A DNA stretch of 64,000 bases. Source: Eledone cirrhosa. Its lineage: Eukaryota. Of the stretch, positions 26,528 to 40,249 are shown in pieces; positions within the stretch are counted from its first letter, which is position 1; each line of letters opens with the position of its first letter. The stretch is from the NCBI GenBank assembly GCA_964016885.1, contig OZ024745.1, forward strand, positions 120,590,001 to 120,654,000, given 5' to 3'. Under the pieces are notes generated by a model. It saw only the letters and a list, made by a program, of their open reading frames with translations. It was not told where the DNA came from and searched no databases. A program made the position numbers and the translations under genes.

Positions 26528-27266
26528 GACTTTGTCATGAACAGGAAGTTGAAAGAAAGAGCCAACATGAAATTTTGCATTCAACTTGGGAAGTCTGCTA
26601 CAGAGACATTGAACATGCTTCAGCAAGCTTATGGTGATGAGGCAATGGTTGTACACAATGTTTCAAGTGGCACGGGTGCTTCAAAAACAGAAGAGCATGC
26701 TCATCGCTTTTTTCCACATCTGTGGTGTTGTGCATTGAAAATTCGTGCCCCAGGGCCTGACTGTCAATTGACAGTTCTACTGCAAAGTTTTGAGGCATTT
26801 GAGTGATGACGCTCAACGAAAGCAACTGGATCAGTGGAGCATGAAGAATAGGATTCTTCACAATAACAATGTACCTTGTCATCGAACTCTCCTCACACGT
26901 GAGTTTCTCACCCAAAACAATATTGTATCACTTCTGCACCCATATTCACCAGATTTAGCACCGGCGGAATTCAATCTTTTCTCCAATTTGAAAATGCCGC
27001 TCAAAGGTCAACATTTTAACAACGTTACCGAAATCCAGAGCAAATCGCAGAAGATACTGACCTGGAGGTAATTTTCCATAAGCTAGTCATTGACTAGCTT
27101 ATGGAAAATTACCTCCAGGTCAGATTCCAAAAGTGGCAGGAATGCTGGAACCAGTGTATTGCTGCACAAGGTGACTATTTCAAAGGAGATGATGTTAAAA
27201 CTTAGGTAAATATATTAGATTTTTTAAAACATAATTACTTCAGGAACATTTTGATACTATGTCGTA
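26528..27266 (+). pseudogene. mariner transposase relic
   Basis: ERANMKFCIQLGKSATETLNMLQQAYGDEAM (N-terminal HTH), LHNNNVPCH (HDNAP-like) and HPYSPDLAPAEF (YSPDLAP motif); internally deleted and frameshifted. Confidence 0.92.
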
Positions 27267-27727
27267 TGCCTGATATATAGAAAAAGGCTTTATACAAATA
27301 GCATATTTAAAAAAAATAATAATTAGAGATATATAGACATTTTAGTACGATTGTATTAACTCCTTATTGAGGAAAACAGTCTTAATAATACAGAATATTT
27401 CTCATGAACATTTCTATATTTAGAAATATAACTGTGTCAGTAAAAGTAATGGACATCAGACCATTTGTAAGTCACAAGTTCACTTCCTGTAGTAGTTATT
27501 ACACAGCATCCTTAATGATGCAGTGGGGGAAGGTGGGGTACATGATGGGGTGGAGGGGTATATATCTCAATTCACCTTACATGGAATCTGGTAGCAGATA
27601 GTCTGGAAGAAATTAACCTATGATAGACTATCTTATCCACAAGTGGTGAATATGGTTTATCATTACTAATTCCATTGAAACGGATTCGAAACAAAAATAA
27701 ACTCTGGTCATGAGTCAACCAAGATTA

Positions 27728-27796
27728 ACTACTACTACTACTACTACTACTATCACCACCACTACCACTAAAACTACTATTACTATCACCACCACA

Positions 27797-27831
<35 letters not shown>

Positions 27832-27900
27832 CACCACTACTACTACTACCACCATCACAACTTCTACAACTACCACCACTACAACTACTACTACTACTAT

Positions 27901-27937
<37 letters not shown>
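27728..27937. repeat. (ACT/ACC)n trinucleotide microsatellite
   Basis: Directly visible. Confidence 0.95.
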
Positions 27938-30329
27938 GTTAGGAAGAAGGATTCTGCTAGAAACAGCATCCAAATTCCTTCAAATCTCTCTCTACAGTCT
28001 AAATAAAGTAAGGACACACTGGATAATGTTGACTTGATGGTCATGGCTGAAATGCCTTTGGTCATAGGTCTACTGACCTGGAACTAAACAATAACTATTA
28101 GAAAGGGTTTAGGTAATTTACTTGGCCTTTCTGGGTATTTTTGTTGTGTTTATTATTTTCTAAAAATTTCTTTTAAGAATTTATCAAAGAGAAAGTGAAA
28201 ATCTTTAAATACTTCTTCTGTGAAAACAATAGGAACTACTACACTTGTTTTTTAGACATACAGAATACATAAAAGAGAAATGTTGATGATAAAACAAGTG
28301 AACTTTGAGGCAAGATAACAGTGAAAAAGGAAACTTTTATTTTCAATGTTATACTGATATTAAACGAGACTTTTATTTTCATTTAATTTCATTTACAAGA
28401 TAAGAAAGGTCAACAAAATAGAGAGCACAAAATACTTGTACGATTCAATACACATCAAGTTTTATGAATAAAAATAGAAACACTGCCATTTCCTTATAAT
28501 CTCTTACAACAGTGTTCTTTCTCTGATTCTTGCTTCTACATCATCATCACCTTCATCATCAACAACATTTAACCCTTTTGATACCAGCTTAGCCAAAAAA
28601 ATAAAACAAACAGTGCTCTACAAAACGAAACAACCACCCATTTTAAAGATTTTCCTATTTAAATTATTATCCTAATTCTATATAAAAACCATGTTAAGTT
28701 ACTGTCATAGTGATGAAATAATTAATGATTTTTTCCAAATAATAACAGTAGACATAGCAATGAAAAAGTGAAAAATTTAGTTATATTTTTGTATTGATTT
28801 ATACAGTTAACCCCAAAGAGACTATAGTTCTATTACCATACATAGAAGAGGTGCTAGGAAGAGGTTAAATTATACAGTTGACCCAATATAGACACTATAG
28901 CGGCTTCTCAGTATTATCATACATAGAATAGGTGCTACTCCTGAGTATTATCATACATAGAATAGGTGCTGAGAGGTTATGAAAACTTATATTATACAGT
29001 TGACCTAATATATAGACTATATCTGCTCCTCAGTATTATCATACATAGAAGAGGTGCTGAGAAGCTTCTAACCAAAAAAGAATGTTGATAACTTTTAGTT
29101 GGAATGTTATAGCAACAATACTGCATTCTTTCTGTTTTGCTTTTTGATCTTATTTCTTTTAGTTTTGTATCATGTTATCAGAAAGCAAAAAATACATAAA
29201 ACAAGAGAAAGTAACTCTGGATAGAATATAGAAAATATTTTGGCTTCTTTTTTTCTTTTGTGTTCGTCTAATAGATAATTATGATCAAGAATCTCCTGTC
29301 TTGAGTACGTAATGAGGGAACACACACACACACACACAGACTAACACACACACACACACACACACTGACACAGACTCACACAGACACAGACACATACTCA
29401 CAAACTCACAGACACACACTCACTCAGACATACACAGACACAGACATACACAGACACAGACACACACAGACACAGACACACACACACACACACACACACT
29501 GACACAGACTCACACACACACACGTGTGGAGAATATGAATAGTTGAAGCATTTAAAGGTGTTTCTAATCCAAACGAAACATCAGAAATATTTCGAAATAA
29601 CATTCTTTTTTTAGAGTACATCATGATTATTTTGAGAAAATCTTTTATACAGATCAGTTCTGGCAACAGGTAAAAAAATAACGTGCGCTGGTTAATATAT
29701 ATGTAATTTAAATACAGTTAAAAGGAAGACAGAAAATTACATACAAATATAGGGTTTTAGATATAGAAATGTTTACCTGTCATCTGAGGTAATTTAAAAG
29801 GATTTCTCATCAGTCTTAGAGTAAGTGTATTCCACCCAGTGAAAACATTAAATGAATCTATCACCAAAGATAGTACCAGAGAGAAAGATAGAGAGAGATA
29901 GTACGAAATGATATATATGAGAAAGAGGCCAAACAGTGTAAAGCCAGTCTTTGTAATCACAGTGGTAATGAGACTTCTAACTATTTATGAAACAGGTTGG
30001 ATTTCTGTCAAACTATCAAGTAACTCAAAACACAAGTAGAGGTGGGGGGGGGGGGGGAGGACAGAAGATATAAGCTAGGAATGAGTGCTTTGGGTTTCAT
30101 TGATAAGTACCTTTGTAAAAAAGTAAAAAAATAAAATTATAGCCCAAGTGCTTTTTTTAATATATGCTACTAGTTAGTTACTGGCATTAGTTCAGATTAA
30201 GGAGAAAATATGCAAACATTTAGTTAATGGGGACTAATATATTCTTGTATAAAAATGCAAAGCTCCTATAAAAATAGCTACATATATATAAATGTGTGTC
30301 TGTCTGTGTGTGTGTGTGTGAGCATATAT

Positions 30330-30545
30330 AATGGTTTCTTATTTAGGCACAAGGCCAGCAATTTTGGGGGAGGGGAAAGTCGATTAAATCAACCCCAGTG
30401 CGTAACTGCTACTTTATTATATCGACCCCGTAAGGATGAAATGAAAAGTTAACCTCGGCGGGATTTAAACTAAGATCATAAAGGGCCGTAACTCTATCCC
30501 GCAAAGCATCGTGTCCGACCCTCTACCGAAACTGCCAATCCATCA
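30330..30545 (-). mobile_element. tRNA-derived SINE family A
   Basis: Reverse complement of the family A body. Confidence 0.85.
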
Positions 30546-32832
30546 TATTTTTTCTTTTCTACAAGTAAATAAGACTAAGCTTGTTTACAACTACCAGGAA
30601 ATTATAAAACAATTAACTAAGACTAATTAATTACTTTAAAACAATACTTTAAAGGAGAGTTGAAGAGATTACAATTTAAGAAGGGAATATGTAATATGCA
30701 ATCAAATCATAACTGTTTTGAAAACATCTTAATGAGAATAATTAGTTTTTAAAATTAATTAGACAGAGTATAAAAGATCTGAATATTATTGATTGTTTTT
30801 TAATTAGAAGAACAAATTCAATGTTTTGTTTGATGAAATAAGTGGTATTATATCACCAATACTTAGTTTCCCTCAATCCTTTTGATACCAAAACACTTGA
30901 AACTGTCCCAGCTTCTATGATACAAAACTATTTATTTTAAAGTGTTTATATTTATCTAAAAACCTTTTATCATAATTTGACATAAGAAGATTTCTTAAGT
31001 TATGTTCCAAACATCAGATAGATAATGAAAAGGTTAGCTATGATACTAAATCCCTCTAAATTCTGGATTATGTTCAAAATGATCTGAAAATTATAGGCAA
31101 TGTCTTGGAATATTTCAGACTAAATATATGTTTAACCATTTTTGCCAATTCTATGACTGCCGAAAGAAAAGAACATAAAATGAAAAGACAAGGCAAAAAA
31201 ATAATCATGCAATGATAAAACTGTCTGGCTCAACTGACTTTCACAATATATAATTTTTCAAATATATATATTTCTTCCTTCTATAATATATTTGGATCAA
31301 CTGATGATGTTTTGGGATGTCTTATTCTCCAACCAAAACTATGAAGAATAACAGGATTTCAGTAGATAAAATGCTATCATGCATAGTTTTATGTTAAAAC
31401 CTTTCACTGTATTTCAAACACAAAAAAAAGTGCATAAAAGATTTTCAAAATGTATGTACCTACATATGCCATGTGTACCCTAGTTTTTAGTGTAAATACA
31501 CTGTATCCCTGCATTTCATAAAAGTCAACTAAAAGGATTGGTATCCGGAAGGGGCATCCAGTTGTAAAACATTGTCACAAAATACCCTGTCCAACCCATG
31601 CCAGCAAGGAAAATTGGATGTATAAATGAGGACAATGATGATAGCAATGAACTACCTGAAAAGGGGTTTCAGAACAAAGCATAAACATATACCATAATAA
31701 TCTAGAAATTCTAAATTAACTGAGCATCAACTTATCTAAAAAATTAAGATGTTGAAAATTGTAATCTTAATATCCTGCAAAGACATTCTTGAAAAGGTAT
31801 AAAATAGAACTATGTCTGCATCACTTTAAAAATTGAAGTCCTTACTCTACTTGCAGATAGAGCATTGTGAAAATTTGTAATATAAAAAATAATACAAGCA
31901 TTTTTAGACATTTTCTTCTAAACCATGAGTAAAAAAAAAAAAAAAAAATTAAAATGAAATTATATTAAATTTAGAGAAATTCATGACTTTCAGACGAAAT
32001 CCACCCAAAAAAGATATGTCAATGTTGTGTATGAACTAAAAAATATAGTTATTAAGAGAATATGATAAAGTAAAGCGCATTAAACTGGTTGGCAGGAAAG
32101 TTACCAAGAAGATATATATAACTTGATAAACATTAACAGATGCACTAATATATAAACTATTTTCTCTAGCATTCTACATAACTACTGCATACAGAAGAAG
32201 ATTACAAGTAAATGCTTCCTCTCTCAGGTCATTTACCTGTCTGTAACAATTTAAATGAAGAAGAGGCCAATTGGACCACTTAAGAGAATTGAAATGGTAT
32301 CTCAAGGGACACATCAACCCTCTGGGAAAGTTTCACTCACAGCTTCATTGTAATTTATAACTCTGTAGTATAAACAAGCAAACATTAATTCGAATGTTGC
32401 CAGCCACACTAGATTTCAGATATTGTAACTCAGCTAAGCTTTTCATAATTCTTGATATTATTCCAACCCATAATGCACAGCTGCATCTACTACAACTTCA
32501 AGTTTAAGATAGACTAGTTAAGCTATTTAACAATGGTAGGAAGCTATCTGATATTTAACTTAAACAGGAAGCTAGAAACATCACAACATTACAAATCATT
32601 TGTAATTATTGACCTAACGAAGGTGTGTATAATTGCTCCCACTTCAGTGTTAGTAGCCTTGAACAGAGCTCTAATCAATTTCTCTTGATTGTCAGTCAAT
32701 TAAAAGAAGTTGGAACTAATCAGCCTTGACAGGTCGTTCTAGTAAGCAATCCTAGAAAATTCTAGACCTTTTCACCTCAACAAGATCATTAAAAGCAAAC
32801 CAAACATAAGCTAACCACTTAAATAATAATGT

Positions 32833-33210
32833 GAAGGTATGTGGTCTAGTGGTTAGAGTGTTAGACTTGTGATCATAATATTGTGGGTTCAATTCCTGGA
32901 TTGGGTGACACATTATGTCTTGAGCAAAATATTTCATTTCATATTGTGCCAGTTCACTCAGCTGAAAATGTGTACCAGTAGTAGATGAGTTAACTCTGTG
33001 ATGGACTGGCATCATGTCCAAGGAGAAGTTTTATACTCTTAATTGCTTAAAACCAAGAAAACCAGTCTGATGAGCTTCTGGACCTGGGAGAAAAACTTCT
33101 TGGAGCCTCTATGTGATTGCTCAAACTGCTATAAATAGCAACATCACTGAATCATCTTTGGTCTAAGGGACACATTAGATATGGTTTCTTATATACAAAA
33201 AAATTGGATG
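32833..33210 (+). mobile_element. tRNA-head CORE-like SINE hosting the 49-bp satellite
   Basis: tggtctagtggttagagtg...ggttcaattcc head and tcttgagcaaaatatttcatttcatattg core, running into the array. Confidence 0.7.
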
Positions 33211-35452
33211 GTCATAAGTCTGCTCAGTCAGAACTATGGTCATAACTAGAACGTCTTTGGTCATAAGTCTGCTTGGTCAGAACTATGGTCATAAGTTCAC
33301 TTAATCAGACCTATGGTCATAACTAGAATGTCTTTGGTCATAAGTCTGCCCAGTCAGAACTATGGTTATAACTAGAATATCTTTGGTCATAAGTCTATTT
33401 GGTCAGAGCTATGGTCATAACTAGAATGTCTTTGGTCATAAGTCTATTTGGTTAGAGCTATGGTCATAACTAGAATGTCTTTGGTCATAAGTCTATTTGG
33501 TCAGAGCTATGGTCATAACTAGAATGTCTTTGGTCATAAGTCTATTTGGTCAGAACTATGGTCTTAACTAAAATGTCTTTGGTCATAAGTCTATTTGGTC
33601 AGAGCTATGGTCATAATTAGAATGTCTTTGGTCATAAGTCTATTTGGTCAGAGCTATGGTCATAACTAGAATATCTTTGGTCATAAGTCTGCTCAGTTGG
33701 AACTATGGTCATAACTAGAATGTCTTTGGTCATAAGTCTGCTCAGTTGGAACTATGGTCATAACTAGAATGTCTTTGGTCATAAGTCTGCTCAGTTGGAA
33801 ATATGGTCATAACTAGAATGTCTTTGGTCATAAGTCTGCTCAGTTGGAACTATGGTCATAACTAGAATGTCTTTGGTCATAAGTCTGCTCAGTTGGAAAT
33901 ATGGTCATAACTAGAATGTCTTTGGTCATAAGTCTGCTCAGTTGGAACTATGGTCATAACTAGAATGTCTTTGGTCATAAGTCTGCTCAGTTGGAACTAT
34001 GGTCATAACTAGAATGTCTTTGGTCATAAGTCTGCTCAGTTGGAACTATGGTCATAACTAGAATGTCTTTGGTCATAAGTCTGCTCAGTTGGAACTATGG
34101 TCATAACTAGAATGTCTTTGGTCATAAGTCTGCTCAGTTGGAAATATGGTCATAACTAGAATATCTTTGGTCATAAGTATGCTCAGTTGGAACTATGGTC
34201 ATAACTAGAATGTCTTTGGTCATAAGTCTGCTCAGTTGGAACTATGGTCATAACTAGAATGTCTTTGGTCATAAGTCTGCTCAGTTGGAAATATGGTCAT
34301 AACTAGAATGTCTTTGGTCATAAGTCTGCTCAGTTGGAACTATGGTCATAACTAGAATGTCTTTGGTCATAAGTCTGCTCAGTTGGAAATATGGTCATAA
34401 CTAGAATATCTTTGGTCATAAGTATGCTCAGTTGGAACTATGGTCATAACTAGAATGTCTTTGGTCATAAGTCTGCTCAGTTGGAACTATGGTCATAACT
34501 AGAATGTCTTTGGTCATAAGTCTGCTCAGTTGGAACTATGGTCATAACTAGAATGTCTTTGGTCATAAGTCTGCTCAGTTGGAACTATGGTCATAACTAG
34601 AATATCTTTGGTCATAAGTATGCTCAGTTGGAACTATGGTCATAACTAGAATGTCTTTGGTCATAAGTCTGCTCAGTTGGAACTATGGTCATAACTAGAA
34701 TGTCTTTGGTCATAAGTCTGCTCAGTTGGAACTATGGTCATAACTAGAATGTCTTTGGTCATAAGTCTGCTCAGTTGGAAATATGGTCATAACTAGAATA
34801 TCTTTGGTCATAAGTCTGCTCAGTTGGAACTATGGTCATAACTAGAATGTCTTTGGTCATAAGTCTGCTCAGTTGGAACTATGGTCATAACTAGAATGTC
34901 TTTGGTCATAAGTCTGCTCAGTTGGAACTATGGTCATAACTAGAATGTCTTTGGTCATAAGTCTGCTCAGTTGGAACTATGGTCATAACTAGAATGTCTT
35001 TGGTCATAAGTCTGCTCAGTTGGAAATATGGTCATAACTAGAATATCTTTGGTCATAAGTATGCTCAGTTGGAACTATGGTCATAACTAGAATGTCTTTG
35101 GTCATAAGTCTGCTCAGTTGGAACTATGGTCATAACTAGAATGTCTTTGGTCATAAGTCTGCTCAGTTGGAAATATGGTCATAACTAGAATGTCTTTGGT
35201 CATAAGTCTGCTCAGTTGGAACTATGGTCATAACTAGAATGTCTTTGGTCATAAGTCTGCTCAGTTGGAACTATGGTCATAACTAGAATGTCTTTGGTCA
35301 TAAGTCTGCTCAGTTGGAACTATGGTCATAACTAGAATGTCTTTGGTCATAAGTCTGCTCAGTTGGAAATATGGTCATAACTAGAATATCTTTGGTCATA
35401 AGTCTGCTCAGTTGGAACTATGGTCATAACTAGAATGTCTTTGGTCATAAAT
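33208..35452. repeat. 49-bp tandem satellite, ~45 copies
   Basis: Unit ggtcataactagaatgtctttggtcataagtctgctcagttggaactat; tggtcataa occurs twice per unit. Confidence 0.97.
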
Positions 35453-35805
35453 CTACTCAATCAGAGCTGACCAATAACAACTTCTAATTTATTTTGATAT
35501 GATATGATAAATATTTCTGTCAGTTATTATAGCATGGAGAAAGAAGATATAAATCTATTTCCAGAGAAGAAAATATTGATTTTTAAGTATTTGATTAATC
35601 CAGTTTGGTGATTATGTACGAGACAATGTTTGGAAACGGGGAAATGTCATGTTATATCTGTTATTTTATTCATAACTTAGTAAAATATTTACTTTATCTT
35701 TCATTTCAAGTTAAACCAATTAATTACACAGGATTCCTTTCCTTTTTCATGCTTTTTTTCTTGTTTATACACACACATATATTTACATATACATATACAC
35801 ACACA

Positions 35806-35960
35806 CAATCAGGGGTAACTACAGGAAGGTACTCAATACTCAATAGTAGAGTATATACAAGATTTAATATAGAAATGGCTAAATTAAATGCTGGTGATTT
35901 CCTTTGAATGAAACAGTTCTAGTCCTGTAGAAGCCATTTCTATATTAAATCTTATATATA
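35806..35960. mobile_element. Small fold-back PLE-like terminus (same family as 40960-41121)
   Basis: Arms tatatacaagatttaatatagaaatggct / agccatttctatattaaatcttatatata; HHR-like ctggtga-tttcctttgaat-gaaa; tail carries gtactc...agtagag. Confidence 0.6.
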
Positions 35961-36005
35961 AATATATATATATATATATAAGTTTATCCCGGGTTCAATC
36001 GGGGG

Positions 36006-36060
<55 letters not shown>

Positions 36061-36335
36061 CATATAATCATCATCATTTAACATTCACTTTCCCAGCTAG
36101 CAAGGGTTGGATGGGTCCACAAAGACTGAGTCAGTATTGAAGTGAGGCTACTGACCTTCCAGACAGGCCAAGGAGTCTGCATTATATATGTATGTGTGTA
36201 TGTATATGCATGTATGTGTGTATGTATGTGTATGTATATGCATATGTATATATATGCATGTGTATATATATATATCACGATAAATTAACGGAGCCATAGG
36301 CCCTCGCAATTCCCTCGCAATATATATATATATAT

Positions 36336-36551
36336 ATGAGGGTAATCCCAAAAGGAAGGTCTCCAAAGCGATGGGGACACAGAGAAACTGTTTGTACGGC
36401 TGTTGGCAACACTGTTGTGATTGTGCTTCCTTCACTCCCAAACAAGCATGCGTGCGCTTCGCTGGGATGCTCAATCTTGGCTTGGCAACCATTGAGAATG
36501 GAGCTCCCGTTGAACGCTACCGCCAAGTGCGAATTTCGCGTAGTTATTATA
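36336..36551 (+). mobile_element. mariner left end with transposase start
   Basis: TA-tgagggtaatcccaaaaggaaggtctcc TIR, then MELPLNATAKCEFRVVI (mariner N-terminus). Confidence 0.75.
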
Positions 36552-36731
36552 TACGAGGGCAATCCCAAAAGTAAGGTCTCCTTCCGAGGGAAACATGCGT
36601 AAAGATCGGCGGATCACTCTGGATGCTCTCTGCATTTTGGTTCCTGAGGTTTCCCGAAGCACCATCCACAGGATTTTAACAAAAAAGTTGCAATATCGGA
36701 AGGAGACCTTACTTTTGGGATTGCCCTCGTA
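36552..36731. mobile_element. mariner-derived MITE with perfect 34-bp TIRs and TA TSD
   Basis: cgagggcaatcccaaaagtaaggtctccttccga at 36554-36587 and its exact reverse complement at 36696-36729. The interior encodes DRRITLDALCILVPEVSRSTIHRILT (mariner HTH). Confidence 0.92.
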
Positions 36732-36827
36732 TATATATATATAACGAAGGAAGTGTGGTAAGGAACCAGGTGGACCATAACGCACCAGAGTACTCTGCTG
36801 TCAGGGTCTTGAACATTTTCCTAAATC

Positions 36828-37213
36828 TATCATTTCATTTCATATCATTTTACGTCCGTTTTTCCCCGCTTGCAAGGGTGGGATGGGAACTGACTCTGGC
36901 TTGATTTCTACAGCTGGATGCCCTTCCTAACACCAACCTCATTTACAGTGAGTGCTGGGTGCTTTTTGTTTCTGTGGCGCCTACACGTACACTTTACAGT
37001 GTGGGCTGGGTGCTTTTTTGCTGTGACACCTCCACAACCACTTTGCAATGGAATGATAGAGACCCCAGTCCCTATCATCTCATTTCTACAGTAAACTGGA
37101 GCAATGTGAAATAAAGTGTCTTGCTCAAGGAAACAACACATCAGTCTGAGAATTGAACTCACAACCTTTTGATTGCAAGGCCAATGCTCTAACCACTAAG
37201 CCATGTGCCTCCA
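36828..37213 (-). mobile_element. SINE family B, full length
   Basis: Reverse complement of 50755-51100 with one extra internal module. Confidence 0.9.
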
Positions 37214-37264
<51 letters not shown>

Positions 37265-37869
37265 TATATATAGATATGCATATACATACATTCATATACA
37301 TACATATATACATACGAACATATAAACATACGCATATACATACACATATATATAAGTACATATACACACACATACATATAAACACACACACAAACACAGA
37401 TATATATATATATATATATGTACATGTTTTATCACTCTGAGATTTGTGTATGAGCTTAATCTAAATCCTTAAATAAGTTGGCTAGCCCATTTCTACAATA
37501 AATTAATACTCAGTTTGCTTTACTTGTTCACATAATTTTTATTACTGAATTTTTCTCCTTTCCTCACGTCACTCAGATCGTCTTTCAATTTTGTCTTTCA
37601 AGCTAGCACAAGTAAAACCTCTGCTAACACAAATATTTGCTGAAAATGCTGTAAGAATATTTTTCTAGCTGAATGCTTTTCTTAATGCAAAACACTCACT
37701 GAAGCAACTGATGTAGTATCTATTTTCAGCCTGGATAAGTCAGGTCAGCAAAATAATAGGACTTGTCTAAAGATGCTTTCCAGACATATCCAATGGATAC
37801 ACTCAACAGTTATCTAAGCAGACAAGATAGTTGAGTGTATAGAACAGTGTTATATACACTGCAGCATAC

Positions 37870-38592
37870 ACAACACTACATATAACACATCACATGCAAC
37901 TATACACACAAGTCCACAGACAATACCAGAACACACACAACCTTACATATACCACACACAACCTTACATATACCACACACAGAGGTTCACATATATCAGA
38001 ACATACACAACCTTATATATACTACAACACACACACAACTACACATACAACCCTACATACACAACCTTATATATACTACAACACACACACACAAGTACAC
38101 ATATACCAGAACATATACAACCATACATACACAACACATACAACATTACATATACTACAACACATACAACCATACATATACCACAACACATACAACCATA
38201 CATACGCAACCTTACATATACTACAACATATACAACCATACATACACAACACATACAACCATACATACGCAACCTTACTTATACAACCTTACATATACCA
38301 CAACACATACAACATTACATATACCACAACACATACAACCTTACATATACCACAACACATACATTACATACACAACCTTACATATACCACAACACATACA
38401 ACATTACATACACAACCATACATATATCACAACACATACAACCATACATACACAACCTTACTTATACAACAACACATACAACTATACATACAGTACTACA
38501 CACACAAGTACACATACATAACTAAGACACACGACTACATATACATATACACGCATCTCACTATGTATACACACACACATATACACAACACC
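37870..38592. repeat. Degenerate CA/TA-rich minisatellite (caaccttacatataccacaacacata)
   Basis: Repeating motif; explains the His/Thr/Tyr ORF. Confidence 0.85.
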
Positions 38593-38714
38593 TAGACTAG
38601 CACACACTAGTACTAATCCACATATACAACTTAGTACATCAATTTCAGAATGCTACAATAAGTGATGTGGTATATAAGGTCCTTGGTTACATATTTTGCT
38701 TAGGTTGTGTAGAT

Positions 38715-39017
38715 CAATAGTCTCCAACCTTTTTTATACCACGGACCGGCTTTATGTCAATCTTTCCACGGACCGGTAGTTGCACATATGTGTTATTTAA
38801 GTACATTTCAATAAAGAGAGCAACAATAAAAAGAGCAATTTATTAAAGGAAGAAAAAGTGTATAATCTTTTGACTCTCATGTAAATATGTTTAAATTAAA
38901 GTCCAATATTCAATTTATCTATATATAATTTTAAACAAGTTAATTATTTCTTTGCGGCCTGGTAGCAAATGATCCACAGACCAGTACCTGTCCACGGTCC
39001 AGTGGTTGGGACCCCTG
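38715..39017. mobile_element. hAT (Charlie-like) MITE
   Basis: Ends caatagtctccaacc / ggttgggacccctg; the 8-bp flanks gtgtagat / gtttagac resemble an NTCTAGAN-type TSD. Confidence 0.7.
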
Positions 39018-39035
39018 GTTTAGACGAAACACATA

Positions 39036-39079
39036 CCTTCTGATGACGGACCCAACTAGGTCTGAAAGTCAATTAAAGG
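39036..39079 (+). ncRNA. Minimal type I hammerhead ribozyme motif
   Basis: cctt-CUGAUGA-c-ggacc(caacta)ggtct-GAAA-gtcaat-UA-aagg. Confidence 0.7.
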
Positions 39080-40249
39080 GATTTATCATTTTTTTCAATT
39101 TACAGGGAAATACATATATTTGACATGTCTGCATGTCAATATACTCAATATGCAAATTTATAAACACATTTACGCAGTCTCGGTTACCTCTATTCTAAAT
39201 ATTTAGAAATATAACTTAATCGTACACTTAGACTGTCTTCTACACAACTCAATGTAGTGTTAGTGTATTTTCAAGACCGTGTATTTGTATGTGTGTATTT
39301 GCATGTATGTATATACAATGACTTTGGATTCATCTTGCGTGCTAAAATGGCAGCTACTCTGTCCCTGTGCATGCCTCACTAAATTAAACATGGTTTAACC
39401 CTCTTGATAGCAAATTGTCTGAAGCTGTTCCTGATACTATAATTTAGAAAAAAAAAATGTTTATTTTAAAGTGTTTATCATCATCATCAGCATCATTTAA
39501 TGCTCACTTCCCCTGCTAGCAAGGGTTGGACGGGTTTACAGAGACCAAGTAGTACTGAAATGGGGCTACTGACATCCCAGACAGGTTGAGGGGTCTGTAG
39601 CTGCTTATGTATGGTCATATCAAGTGCAGAGGAGAAGTTGTGACTTTTGACACACACTGAAGGTACCTTCCAACTCCTTCTTTGGCAACCTTTCTACGGC
39701 TGGTTGCCCTTCCTAACACCAACCACTTTACAGCATGTACTGGGTGCTTTTATTGTGTAGATCATAATTCTACGCCATAGCTATATACGGCTTTAAATAG
39801 ATAACTGGAGAGTGGCTGACAAAGGTCTTTCTGAATGATGCTAAGACACCCTCGGCCTTCTTGACAATTTTAGAACCTTTCTTAAGTTATGTTCCAGACA
39901 CCAACTAAATAATGAGAAAGTTAGTTACATTGCTTAATCCCACCCAATTATTTTTATTATTATAAAACTGATTTGAAAATCATAGGCAGTGTCTTTCATG
40001 AAAAATATGATAACAAGAGAGTTGATGTGAGGAGTATACCTTAGCAAAGTTCGGCCATTCTTTGCTATCCACTACAATAAATAATAATGAAAATTGTGTA
40101 CAGTGCTCAGGTGCACTACAACTTATCAAAGGTGCATTATAGTACATAGAATAATGTACAAATGTTAGGAAAGTGAACAGTGTATGAGTCATGATATACA
40201 CATAGACACATACACACATGTGTGCATGTGTATGGAGGAGGAATATCAG

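Noticed and set aside
29770-29850. Possible small minus-strand exon ending ...CAGATGACAG|gtaaac
   Set aside because: No good acceptor and no recognisable peptide; unsupported without RNA data. The same applies to candidates near 24786-24860 and 32228-32283.
33208-35452. CRISPR-like regular array
   Set aside because: There are no unique spacers, the units are contiguous and near-identical, the context is eukaryotic, and no cas genes are present.
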